NCBI GenBank assembly: GCA_049438185.1
Contig: JBMTJI010000003.1
Location: 64,544-128,543, forward strand
Direction: 5' to 3'
Origin: Candidatus Poseidoniaceae archaeon
GTDB taxonomy: Archaea; Thermoplasmatota; Poseidoniia; Poseidoniales; Poseidoniaceae
DNA: 64,000 bases
Each line of letters begins with the position of its first letter. Position 1 is the first letter of the stretch. The notes below the pieces were generated by a model. The model saw only the letters and a list, made by a program, of their open reading frames with translations, searched no databases and had not been told where the DNA came from. Below are positions 28,801 through 38,700 of the stretch, one piece after another. The translations under genes and the position numbers were made by a program.

Positions 28801-30503
28801 TGTGCGAATGATGTTGCCTGAACAGGTTGATTGTTCACGTCAACAAAAGAGATGTACGTCTCATGCAGATAACCGGAGTTTGATGTTGAAACGCTGCTTG
28901 TTGTTGGACCCCCGTAGAGGAAGGTGCCATCACCTACGGCATCGCTCGAGCCTTGTGCGGTGTTCAATGGAACGAAATCTCGGGCATGAGCGGTGGATGC
29001 ATCTTCAACCAGGAGAGGTGTGTTGTGCAAATTGGCCGTCCAATCTTCGACGATGGCGGTCGAGGCGTCACTTAGAACGAGCCCATACTCTTGAGCAGTG
29101 GTGGTAAGCGTGCCGATGGATACTGTAGAATCTATGGCATGAAGCCCGCGCAATTTACCGTTGATGAATGCACCAACATCGGCATTGAGGGTTGAGTCTT
29201 CAATCTCGACGCCGTAGGCAAAGCCATTGGTTGTTATCGAGGTTGAATGAATCGTCGAATACCACACATCAAGACCCAAGGATTGTGTATCAAGACTGCT
29301 GTAAGGTTTTGAAATTTCAACACCGTTCCACTGATGTTCTCCCTCAAGCAAATGAGCAGCAGGACCGGTTCCATCGTGCAATGAGATGGTTGATTGACTG
29401 ATCTCTGAATCGAGACTTGAGATTGAAACTGCAGTCCCGTTGGCTACAATTGTGGTTGATTCGATAACCAACAATCCAGTGCCTGAAGCGCGTAGACCGA
29501 TTTGATCGCCATGTATCTCTGAATCTGTAAGTGTGGTTGTTCCTGCTCCGTCAACGTCCATGCCGATATCAGCGTTGTGAATGTAAACGTTCTCAAATGT
29601 GCAATCCACAAGACATCGTAAGTCAACAACAGAGCGCCCTGGCTGTTCTTGCGTGAAGTTCATGTCCGACAAAGAAATGCTTTCCATGGAACCCCAAAGT
29701 AATCGGTCTCCTGAGATGAGAGCGTTTGAGACTGTCAAATCATCAGCATCAGTTCCATCGACAAGAAGAGCAACGTGCTGCCCATAGATGCTGGTTACCG
29801 TCGTTGAGGCACCGGCATCAGAACCAATACCAACACTCACATTTTCAAGTCCTAGACCGCTGATATCCGCAGTCCCTGAAACAATATCAATGGCAACTCC
29901 TGTTTCAAAAAACGATAGATCATTGGCTGTCAGAACATTGGTTGAGAGAATACCTGTTGCAGTATCTGTAAACGAACCTGTGTCGATGGACAGGTCACCA
30001 TGGTTGACAACGGATTGAATCTCGATGGACGACATTGTCGCATTCTCAACATCGAGTGTTCCTGATGAACTAATGTCAAATCCAATGTAACTGTTTGAAA
30101 TTGAAATTGATTCATGAACAGAAACATCACCATGTACTTCGAGTGCAGATTCGGCTCCTGAAATAGTGAGGTTTGTGAGAACTGCTGAGGCTCCAGATGA
30201 GATTACGATACCGCCCCAAAGTCCTGCTCCCGATGAGCCAAGACTCGTTGAGGTCTCACTCGTCATGAATTGTGCATCAGTGGCCTCAAGAGAGCCATCG
30301 ATCTGCAACCAATACGATTGGGCGTCGACGACGGTTCCGGGTTCAAGAACGAGTGTTGTTGAAGAATCAACTGTGACATTACCATTGAGCGTCACTGTTC
30401 CGCTCCATGTGGTACTGCTCGAAATTGTTGAATCTGATGATGCAACTGAAGAGATGGACATTCCCAACATCAGGAGAACCAGAAGAAGTGCACGTGAGCG
30501 CAT
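25851..30503 (-). CDS. giant surface protein (about 1550 aa) of right-handed parallel beta-helix type with C-terminal TSP3-like DxDxDG repeats and TM anchor
   Basis: There is a signal peptide. Hundreds of residues of short G/S/T/D/N-rich beta-helix-like rungs follow (NGDGLWARLSSIDIQGITLEAG...). Near the C-terminus are DTDGDWV...DPDDDNDGRLDENDVWP...DTDEDGQPD. The TM is LILIGSILIAVLIIFFV. The preferred start is the second ATG (MRSRALLL...), because a TTGATATG TATA-like box would then sit about 27 nt upstream. Confidence 0.75.
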   Translation of the reverse strand: MRSRALLLVLLMLGMSISSVASSDSTISSSTTWSGTVTLNGNVTVDSSTTLVLEPGTVVDAQSYWLQIDGSLEATDAQFMTSETSTSLGSSGAGLWGGIVISSGASAVLTNLTISGAESALEVHGDVSVHESISISNSYIGFDISSSGTLDVENATMSSIEIQSVVNHGDLSIDTGSFTDTATGILSTNVLTANDLSFFETGVAIDIVSGTADISGLGLENVSVGIGSDAGASTTVTSIYGQHVALLVDGTDADDLTVSNALISGDRLLWGSMESISLSDMNFTQEQPGRSVVDLRCLVDCTFENVYIHNADIGMDVDGAGTTTLTDSEIHGDQIGLRASGTGLLVIESTTIVANGTAVSISSLDSEISQSTISLHDGTGPAAHLLEGEHQWNGVEISKPYSSLDTQSLGLDVWYSTIHSTSITTNGFAYGVEIEDSTLNADVGAFINGKLRGLHAIDSTVSIGTLTTTAQEYGLVLSDASTAIVEDWTANLHNTPLLVEDASTAHARDFVPLNTAQGSSDAVGDGTFLYGGPTTSSVSTSNSGYLHETYISFVDVNNQPVQATSFAHGFESTADSNGIALLPLLSSGSIVEVLYDGQGVSTELYGNQQGQTVQIITLPEGNWNLPSSSTVVLGARPDGQPHQLNGDLTFGSNSHLKLIDTMLIVDASSSVDLGASGTLTGDNGILNASSLTMSVQSTLVSEGQGLELQSPVQWSCSQAQNIANIRFMSTISLAPLCEVEMIGGQASEAISVGSSASFSLISTLDIEVLDKGYPVEAATIIVDGQTVQTDSLGQATAQTTARTVNSQGDVQEGTKTVTMQIGSFTEFYAWNAQQSTSHTFMASTVPTGTITSWLILEETWSPYRLESDLTIASNTRMTVNDGVELRIASNAIIDVQGVFESGEATISSTGFGARWGGFMMDGIIGSRIDLSGTLLAEGSPLITMAGRGEVSAQGASFARSAGADPLINIYASSQSSLTLIDSELRDAGSRCIQSQSPDATIVLQDITLSDCNGDGLWARLSSIDIQGITLEAGLDDGIDLTGTSGQVTGIQSSLFDGDYVVRMQSIEDGFKLEDSIIHSGDTGGVFVFMSEGIVLNNLTVYGAPGIDLDETSGEMNDIVLEGDNSGTGLTIRHGLSDPVVGEEIQITGYSVGLKLHAHDFEDPAPAMMRNISIDSVEALSVEFFDTRIESSSVNGDISIASSTVNIVDSTIIGAETIDSTGLLNEWSTHSLHALLNGEVVDASYSLTSALLNSPTDFSGMFVDVELLHERTTSDGSSSITEAMVDVVSSQSLPTNHTFSIGPGSLQNVQISLLANAAPALSIQSPFSGQRYMETIPVEIAMTVLDDTTELSDIVLTWKIFDAQNQLVKEGVATSTTFNVTLSDTGLFVLQLTATDDLGLSTTAEVDIEITQLDTDGDWVSTCSSETWFDATKGLQCGPDIYDPDDDNDGRLDENDVWPKDPCAWIDTDEDGQPDRIQCPPGASTLLFEDQDDDGDGIPDELEGTSLGESEDSTTPLILIGSILIAVLIIFFVRVRGGGPKSLGEIDERML

Positions 30504-30524
30504 GCGTAATGCTAGCATTCAAGC

Positions 30525-30532
30525 CATATCAA
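30525..30532 (-). promoter_or_regulatory. TATA-like box (TTGATATG on minus strand) upstream of the beta-helix giant gene
   Basis: The spacing fits a leaderless start at 30503. The element lies between tRNA-Pro and the gene. Confidence 0.35.
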
Positions 30533-30576
30533 TGCAAGGCTTCCTCGACTATTGGATTGAACAAACTCGTGAGGAG

Positions 30577-30651
30577 TGGGCCTGCCCAGATTTGAACTGG
30601 GGTCTGACGGCCCCCAGCCGCCAAGTATAGGCCAAGCTAACCCACAGGCCC
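30577..30651 (-). tRNA. tRNA-Pro (anticodon GGG), no encoded CCA
   Basis: The minus-strand fold gives acceptor GGGCCTG/CAGGCCC. The anticodon stem GGCGG/CCGTC carries loop CTGGGGG. The T-arm is CCCAG-TTCAAAT-CTGGG and the discriminator is A. The D-arm pairing is weak (3 bp). The position directly downstream of rpoN matches the conserved archaeal arrangement. Confidence 0.8.
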
Positions 30652-30661
30652 GTGAATCTCC

Positions 30662-30865
30662 TCACTTGTGCTGAGCGCTGAATGGGACAATCTCACCGAT
30701 CAAATCGATGTGTCCGACATACATGCGTCGACAACAGTATCGCTCAAGGCCAACTTCGTCGAGTGCTTGATCGACACTGGTGCCTTCAGTTAATTTGTTG
30801 TTGAACTCATCCCACTTGTGAGCAATTACGGTACCACAGCTAAAACAACGGATAGGAATAATCAT
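30662..30865 (-). CDS. rpoN: DNA-directed RNA polymerase subunit N (Rpb10 homolog)
   Basis: MIIPIRCFSCGTVIAHKW...LDEVGLERYCCRRM is a near-textbook RpoN sequence. The product is 67 aa. Confidence 0.9.
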   Translation of the reverse strand: MIIPIRCFSCGTVIAHKWDEFNNKLTEGTSVDQALDEVGLERYCCRRMYVGHIDLIGEIVPFSAQHK

Positions 30866-30877
30866 CTCTTGTTCACC

Positions 30878-31309
30878 TCATCGATACGACTTTTGCTTCT
30901 TGCGACGAGCACCACGACCAAGTTGGTGCTTTGGTTCCTTACGACGTGGATCGTTAACCAAGAGGCTACGATCAAATCGCAAGAACTCATCTCGAAGTTC
31001 TTCATCAATGCCCTCTGCTCCACCGTTGTAGTGAACGAGTCCACGTGCAATAGCGGTTCGAATGGCGTCTGTTTGACCCATAATTCCACCGCCAGTTGTT
31101 GTCAAGTTGATGTCAACTTTGGACAAGCGGTTCATGGCATCTGCAATGACAAGTGGTTCCATAGCCTTGCGTCGTGCAAGGGCAGGTTGGAGAATTTCAA
31201 TTGGTTCGCTGTTCACGCGAACTCGACCCTTTCCAGCCTTGACAGATGCTCGTGCAATGGCTGTCTTACGCTTTCCTGAACTCTCAACGGATTTCTTCTT
31301 ACGTGCCAT
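30878..31309 (-). CDS. rps9: 30S ribosomal protein S9 (uS9)
   Basis: The basic C-terminus GRGARRKKQKSYR and the central GGGIMGQTDAIRTAIARGL match uS9. The start ATG overlaps the rpl13 stop. Confidence 0.9.
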   Translation of the reverse strand: MARKKKSVESSGKRKTAIARASVKAGKGRVRVNSEPIEILQPALARRKAMEPLVIADAMNRLSKVDINLTTTGGGIMGQTDAIRTAIARGLVHYNGGAEGIDEELRDEFLRFDRSLLVNDPRRKEPKHQLGRGARRKKQKSYR

Positions 31310-31797
31310 CATTGTTCACCTCCTGTCCATCGGTGCGCAGGCGCACCCAAACTTGCACTGATGTCGCCCAAACTGACGAAACTTTCTGGCAAGGATTTGC
31401 GAATGTTGCTTGCATCTCCTGCAACATGACCTTCTGGAAGATCCGATGCAAGGTGCGAAGGACAGCCGATTTCAACGCGGAGATTGCGTAGGGCTCGACG
31501 CCCACTGCTCTTTCGTTGGTATGGAAGCATACCACGGACGGTACGCTTGAGAATCATGTCCGGCATACGTGGGAAGTACGGTCCCTTACGAGCGTGATTC
31601 AAGGCATACTTGTCATGGTAGTTCTGAAGTACGGAACGTGAACTTCCTGAAACAATGGCTTTCTCTGCATTGATGATGACGACCTTGTCGTCACGATCAG
31701 CACGGGCTGCCTTGAGAAGCATGTCTGCTACTGTGGATGCAAGTCGTCCAAGGACGAGACCATCGGCGTCGAAAACGTAGGTGGTTGCTTCATCCAA
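31309..31797 (-). CDS. rpl13: 50S ribosomal protein L13 (uL13)
   Basis: VFDADGLVLGRLAS...VVIINAEKAIVSG...KYALNHARKGPYFPRMPD match uL13. Confidence 0.9.
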   Translation of the reverse strand: MDEATTYVFDADGLVLGRLASTVADMLLKAARADRDDKVVIINAEKAIVSGSSRSVLQNYHDKYALNHARKGPYFPRMPDMILKRTVRGMLPYQRKSSGRRALRNLRVEIGCPSHLASDLPEGHVAGDASNIRKSLPESFVSLGDISASLGAPAHRWTGGEQ

Positions 31798-32155
31798 GAA
31801 TAATCACCCCGTTCCCGTTTGGATTTTCGTTCATCAATTCACCATAGGTGAGAACTCGCCCACCTGCGGCTTCAATCTTGGCTCGTGCACTGGAACTGAC
31901 ACTGTAAGCGGCGATGGTGCGGTTCCCTGTGACTTCACCAGATCCTAGCAACTTTCCAGGTACGAGAATGGTCGCACCCTCTGGAGCGTAACGGGTTACG
32001 CGGCTTAGGTTAGGTTGGGCCCAGTTCTTGCGGCTCTTGGAGAGGCGCTGAGCAACATCTCGCCACAGTGCAGCGCCGGTGTCACGAGACTGGGCTTTCA
32101 GTTGGTCGATTAGACCGACCAAATCAGCATTTGTCTTTCGTGTTGGCTTGCTCAT
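31790..32155 (-). CDS. rpl18e: 50S ribosomal protein L18e (eL18)
   Basis: The ORF was trimmed to ATG (MSKPTRKTNADLVGLIDQLK...). The position upstream of rpl13 is conserved in archaea. Confidence 0.85.
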   Translation of the reverse strand: MSKPTRKTNADLVGLIDQLKAQSRDTGAALWRDVAQRLSKSRKNWAQPNLSRVTRYAPEGATILVPGKLLGSGEVTGNRTIAAYSVSSSARAKIEAAGGRVLTYGELMNENPNGNGVIILG

Positions 32156-32231
32156 ATGACTCCCTCGATGCTTTGAGGCAGTCTCGCGACCAGCCAACCC
32201 GTTATGAAGGCACCGACGCGAATGCAGCACT

Positions 32232-32693
32232 TCACTCGAACAGAATCTCGCCCTTTGCATCAAGCAATTCCACGGTTAAGCCAGCGGCTCGGCCTTGAAT
32301 GATGATCTCATCGTGAAGTGTATCTGAGAAGTCATCGAGGGCTCCGAGAGCTGTAATTCCAGCAACATCGGTCAGTTGATCGATGAGATGATTGAGAACA
32401 CAAGAGACGCCATAGGCTTGACCTGCGCGGAAGGCATGATCAACACCACCGACTTCTGGATCTTCCGCCTTCATTCGCAGCATGACTTGCTGGGAATAAG
32501 CGACTAGCGCCCCATAGAGTGCTTCAATGACTTGAGCGGCTTCAAGATCGCCGAGCAGCATCTGGGTTTGGGCAAGAGCAGAACGTACGGCATCACCGTA
32601 GATTTTGTGCGCTTCAATCGTATTGCTTGCTTCCACTTGCATGGCTTGGTCGATGAGTAACTTCCAGTCTTCCATGACCACACGAGAGCGCAT
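32232..32693 (-). CDS. hypothetical helical protein (153 aa)
   Basis: The ORF sits where rpoD often lies in archaeal r-protein clusters, but the sequence does not resemble RpoD. No family was recognised. Confidence 0.45.
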   Translation of the reverse strand: MRSRVVMEDWKLLIDQAMQVEASNTIEAHKIYGDAVRSALAQTQMLLGDLEAAQVIEALYGALVAYSQQVMLRMKAEDPEVGGVDHAFRAGQAYGVSCVLNHLIDQLTDVAGITALGALDDFSDTLHDEIIIQGRAAGLTVELLDAKGEILFE

Positions 32694-32744
32694 CCTACCC
32701 TTGAAGGTTGGCTCGTGCCAACTTTCAGTACTCAGGTTTCAACT

Positions 32745-35700
32745 TCAAATCTTGAAATCTGTGGATTCGCCTTCAACGATTCCAGCCTGTCGTACCGAAC
32801 CATCCGCAGCGACGAACTCGCCAGCCTTGGTCTGGTTCTCATACAGTCCTGTTGCCTCATAGCGCTTGACTTGGCCTTCCTCTCCGAGTGCACTGGTGAT
32901 GGACGACGTGATGGCTCCGAGCGTTGAAATCGCTTGGTCACGTTGCATGACACCGATGTTGTGATCGGAATATCGAGCCTCTTCAAAGATGGTTAGGAAC
33001 GCATCAAGTTGTTGCGGTGGAACCATGTTGAACGCCGTGCGGACAGCTGCTTCAAACTCACGAGTGGTTTCGTAAACCTTCTTCATGAAGCCATACTTTC
33101 TGAAATGACGTACAAGGTTCTTGTAACAATCGAAGATGATCTTGATGTATTCATTGCTCGCCTCAAGTTGCATCATCGTATCAGTGAGAATACCTCTGAG
33201 TGATTGGACTTGACGTCGACTCATCACACGACGGTAGTAGAGCGCTCCTGCAACAAGCAATGCCATCAAAACAATGCTGAATGCCATGGCATTTTCTGGA
33301 CTGAAGAAGCCCTTGGCTTCCACTTCACTCGCAGCTCTGTAATCAACTGCAAACGAGATGTTGTTCTGGGATGCTTGGAAGTTTTGACTTCCAGCATAGA
33401 CTGCAATAACCTGCCATTCACCACTACACTCAACACCGTCACATGAACGCCCATCGAACGACCATTCGAATCGTGCAATACCTTGTTCATTGGTAACCGT
33501 CTTGTTGGTAGCAGCGGTCATGGTCACCCAAGCACCCGTTTCATTGCGGTACTGTCGGATGAACTGAACCTCTTCGTTCTCGATAGCAATGTCAAGTCGG
33601 TCTCGTAGTAGAGCGACTTCACCGATCACAAGCGTTCCTTCAGGAATTCCTGATTCACCACCGTAATACCAGTTTGTTTCGACTTGCAAATCGACACGTG
33701 AACGGACGAGGACTTCCATCTCAACCTCTGAACCGTTCAGAACGTTTTCGACATCTTTGTCGCAACCACCAGGGACGTTGACATCAGGTTCGAAAGCGAC
33801 CTTTAGGGTTCGGAAACCTTCCTTCTTACCCCCGGTCAACTCGACACCACGTAGAGATGGGTTCTGAAGCGGATCACCGCTAAACCACTCAACGGTTCCG
33901 TCAAGATCGTTGGTACGAATCGTTGCAATTGGACGGATGTTCTCCTCTGGATCGAGGTAAATGTTGAGACACTTGCCACCGACCGCTTGTCCATTACTCT
34001 GAGTCAACAATGCGTCAATGTGGAAGGATTCCTTCAGGTAAAGAACTGGGTATGGAATTCCTTCGATGCTGTAAGTATCGACGCTGGACTTGAACGGTCC
34101 AACCTCAGTGATTGAAAGCGATGAGTTCGAGAACACATCAAATTCCGTCTGAATTGTCTTGTTGTCGTAACGGAATGCATCGTTGTTGTCGTAGGACGAG
34201 TACGATACTGTGACCTTGGTCTTGCCAGCGAGAACGTCTGAAAGTGGGCAGACGATGGAGTAGTTTCCATCCGCATCTGTCACTGCAGCGTTACAATTGA
34301 CTGGTCCGCTTTGGCCGTTGACCATCTCGTAACTGACACGGATGGTTCGTCCGACGAGGACTTCACCAAGTTCGTCAGTGAGTTGTCCTGTAACAACCAT
34401 TGGCTTCGGTACGACCAATCCGGTGACTGGGTCAACTTCGCTTGTGTAAACAACTTGGTCATCAACAGACAACGAGGTTCGTCCAATGAGGGAGAATCCG
34501 TTGGCATTGTATGTCATAACGGTGCGATAGTGGTTGTTTCCAGGAATATTCGCACATGGATCCCATTGACCTTGGAGACCGAGGTAACTTGCATCAAGTG
34601 GGGCGCACCCTTCATTTGGCAACGATTCCTCAAATCGGAGGACGACATTGACTGGTCCAAAACCGTCCGGCAAGAAGGACTCAGGATCAGCCCGCAACTT
34701 GGTTGGCGATAGTGGGCTAATGTCCGCCTTCAGACAACCAACTGCTTCGAGTCGGTCAAGATTGCCATCTTGATTGAGGTCACGGTCTGCATATCCGTCA
34801 TCGTTACCGTCGTAGTAACAGAGGTGTGAATTGTCGGGTTGTGTTTCCGGCAAGGAGATGACACCAGCTGATGGCGCAAGTGTTGCAACGACCTGTCGAT
34901 GTTGAACGTTGTCGAAGTCTGTACCTTCGAAGATAACATCAACCAATCCTCCGTTCGGTGCGGTTTCTCCATCGAGATCGCGTCCACCGGTATCGTATTC
35001 CAAGGTCTTGTTATCGTCCTTGACTTGAGCTGTGAAATCCCACAGATCTCCAGATTGTCGTCGATTGCCATCGGTTGAAACAACCGATACATAGGTTCTC
35101 GATACGACCCATACATCCTGAACAGCATTGCTTGGTTTGAGGAGAGGTGTTCCCTCATAATCGAACGTGAGCGTAAACAGACCCAAATCGTCTTCTGCTG
35201 TGATGTTGAAAGGCATCTCAAAGAATCCGTTTGTGTCGGTATAGCTTGTCTCCGTCCGTCCATCGAATGACCACGTGTAGTTCACTGGTGCTTCTCGTAC
35301 GGGTTGCAACGAGTTGTCAACAAGTCGTGCCTGAATCGATGTATTCGTGTTTCGATACAGACGAGCGATGGAAGTCAACTCGAACGAGGTTGTTCCAACA
35401 ACGGTGACGTTGATGTACGCACCTGTCGTTGCGAGTGACGATGAGTTTCCGGTGAAGTAGTATCCCGAATTTGTAAAGTCGATTCGCATACCATACGTTC
35501 CAGATGAATACTGACTTTCCCATGTAAAGTTGTAGTCGTATTCTGCCTCAACACCGCCCTTTGTGATGCATTCAGTTTCATCGTCGATGCTCTGCATTGG
35601 GATTCGGTTTCCTTGTGTGTCCATACAGTTCGGTTTCTGCGTAAACTGCGTTTCTCCACCACTGCTGAAGATACCGTTTCTATCCTTGTCCAGTTGAACC

Positions 35701-38700
35701 GCAACCGGTTCGATGGTCCATGGAACGAGTGTTCGGTTGGTGACCGATCCTGTCAATTCGAGGGAGGTTCCGGTATCCATTTCAGGAACGATCTCACAAC
35801 GAACTGGGCTGTCGGGGTCGCTTGGGTCAATTTGTCCACATGGTGGCAAATCGCTGTCACCGCCATTGACGAGTTTGATGAACCAATGTGTTGCGTTCAC
35901 ATCAACGAAATCAATGATGTTCTCGGCTTCACCGGTCAATGATGCAGGGTTTCCATCCCAAAGCATACTGTAGGCTTTGTAAGCAGAGATATCGTTGTAG
36001 TTCAGTCCAGCTGCCGTCAGAGCGGGGCCGTGATAGACGTAGCGCCAATTTCCGAATGTTCCATCACCATTGTTGATGGTTGAATCGAAGAACGTAATTG
36101 GATGAATTCCTTCAAAGGTCATCGTTCCATCAATGTTCATTCGATGCATCACACGCATCGAGCGAGCATTGTCATCTTCATCCCCATGCAAATACGGGAA
36201 CGGATATTCATCGCCAGCAAGTTCGGGTTGAACTCGTCCGATGTAACTGTAATCTCCTTTCGGAAGACTGGTGTTGACTCGGACGTACTTGGTCGAGAAG
36301 CCTTGTGTATCTTGGACAACATCGTGCATCTTGGTATTGTTGTTCCAGATGATCTCCTCAAGACCACCTGGTGCCTTACCTGGCCCATTGTCCATTGTTG
36401 AATTGAACTGAACCTGCTTCCATACGCCGTTTGCTCCACCCGTTTGTTCAAAGGAGACTGAAGTGAGTCCGAATGAATTGGCGCGGTATCCATTTCCATC
36501 GAAGTTTGTAAAGTTCGTTGGGTGAGTGAGGTTACCGAACAATCCGCCGTAGAACGAGAAGGTTACTGGCGCATATGGAATCGGATTGGAGTAGATACCT
36601 CGTTCATAGTCTGCAGCGTAATAGGAATAAAATTCCAACCAGAGTTGTTGCTCATCACTACGGAAGTAGTCCCAGTTGTTGCTGCTTGGGTCAATCGTCA
36701 TGTTTGCTTCAACACCAACGAGGTAATCTGAGGATGTTGCTCCATTGAAAGCAAACATCTCCGTTACGACTGCGTACACCTTGTACGTCGTGTTGTCACC
36801 AACGATAATGTCCTCTGGATAGAGGAATTGACCAACTGAGAAGCGGCCATTTTGGTCGGAAAGAATGTTGGTCGTTTCGACCGCGGTTGTACCATTGTTC
36901 GCCCATTCAATGTGAATTTGAACGGGGAGTCCACTGGCGTTTTCACGGAGTCCTGAAATTGGGTTGATCCATTCGACAAGGCCGCTGAAAATTGCTGGGC
37001 TTCGGGCATCGAGCCACAAGTTACCAGGGAGATCCAATGTGATGAACGTTAGAGCCTTGTCGTCCTCATCGAGAACACAGTCGTTGTCGTGATCCCAATC
37101 TGAAGACTGAGCGCCTTGGTAACATGGATCTGCTGTGAAGCCCTCTTCGAGATGGTCAAAGTCCAAATCGTCTCGTGTATCATTGTCATCATCGGTGTCG
37201 TTCACGTCAGGACCGGTTGTCAAATCGTTTGGATTTGCAAGTGCTTCTCCGTCCCCGAAGTCATCGTGATCCCAGGGATTCGTTGAATTGCGGTTGAAGC
37301 GCTCAGGCCAGAGCATGACTTCATCGATATCGTGCATACCATCTTGGTCATCATCGACGTCGATATCATCACGATCACCATCATTGTCGTGGTCGAATGC
37401 CTGCGTGAGAGAGATTGCAAGTTCGACGGTGTTTGAGATACCGTCGCCGTCCCAATCATCATCAGCCCAGTTCACGATTCCATCGTTGTCGTGATCCCAA
37501 GTGGATTGTTCCTCGCCCCAGAAACATCCAGGGAGCTTTTCTTGGTCACCATCAAGGATCCCGTTGTTGTCATCGTCTGGATCTTCACCATCTGGTACAC
37601 CGTCGTTGTCGTTGTCAACGTCGTAGACTTTGGGTTGCTGCAGACCAAGGGTCATGATTCCACGATCCCAAACGGCTTGGTAGAAACCATCGCCGTCTGC
37701 GTCTGCATCATTTCCGTCGTCATCGTTGTCGATACAGTTGGTACCTGAGAAGAAGTTGCCATTGTTCTGGCCGGTGTCATCATCAAGGTCATCGTTTGTA
37801 TCCACTTCGAAGTAATCCCAAAGGCCGTCATTATCATCATCAACGTCAAACCAATCGAAAATCGAGTCATAGTCATCGTCAAGATCGATGGTATTGTTGA
37901 AGAAATCTCCATCGATGTCTCCATCGACATCGTTCTTGTCAAGGTCGGCTCCCAATTCATCTGGGAAGTCCGCTTCAGGACCATTGTCCGAGTTCCATTG
38001 CCAAATTCCTGTTGTCAAACCAATCCACGTCACGAAAGCGTCGCGGTTGTCTTGCATTTGGGTGTAGGAAACCGCTGAGTCGATGACACCATCGCCACCG
38101 AAATCGTAGTGCCAGCAGCCGCCTTGTGCACCTGGCGTACAAGACCAATTGCCAGATTGGCCACCGGCTGTTGCGCCTTGATCGATAGCAGCGTCAGGGC
38201 GTGTCGAATACGGTAGACCGAATTGTGCAGTAACACCGTTCAGCGGCATTTGATAGGCAATCGCATAAGCGTATCCACAAACGAAGCCTTGTCCAAGGTT
38301 TCCAACCGTGTGACCGCAAACGCTCATGTTGAAGCTACCACCCATCTTGACATCGTTAACGTCCATAATTCCGTCGTTTCCTTCGTCTTGATCCCACCAG
38401 TCAGGTAGACCATCAGCATCCTGGTCAACGTCGAGTCCGTTCACAAGCGAGTCTCCATCGCTATCGATATCCCACTCGTTACCTCCGTTGTAAGAGGACC
38501 AACGAGCGAAGAGGAACCAGTAAAACTCAGGAACGTTTCCTGGTGTTGGAGGGTTGGTCGTTCCATCGTATCCGTTGTAATCGATCATCATGTCGGAGAA
38601 TGGGTTGTGCCAGAAGACCATTGCCCAGTACGAGTCGGCGTTGGTGGTGTAATCTTGGTTGTCACCACTACCGTCAAGTGGCCCAAGGTCACCAACTGGG

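Noticed and set aside
30166-30630. 154-aa plus-strand ORF spanning the start of the beta-helix giant gene and tRNA-Pro
   Set aside because: It overlaps a well-supported tRNA and the N-terminus of a gene with a signal peptide. There is no domain or promoter support.
32232-32693. Calling the 153-aa gene upstream of rpl18e as rpoD (RNA polymerase subunit D) on synteny grounds
   Set aside because: It is too short and lacks the RpoD dimerisation and Fe-S-like motifs. It is left as hypothetical.
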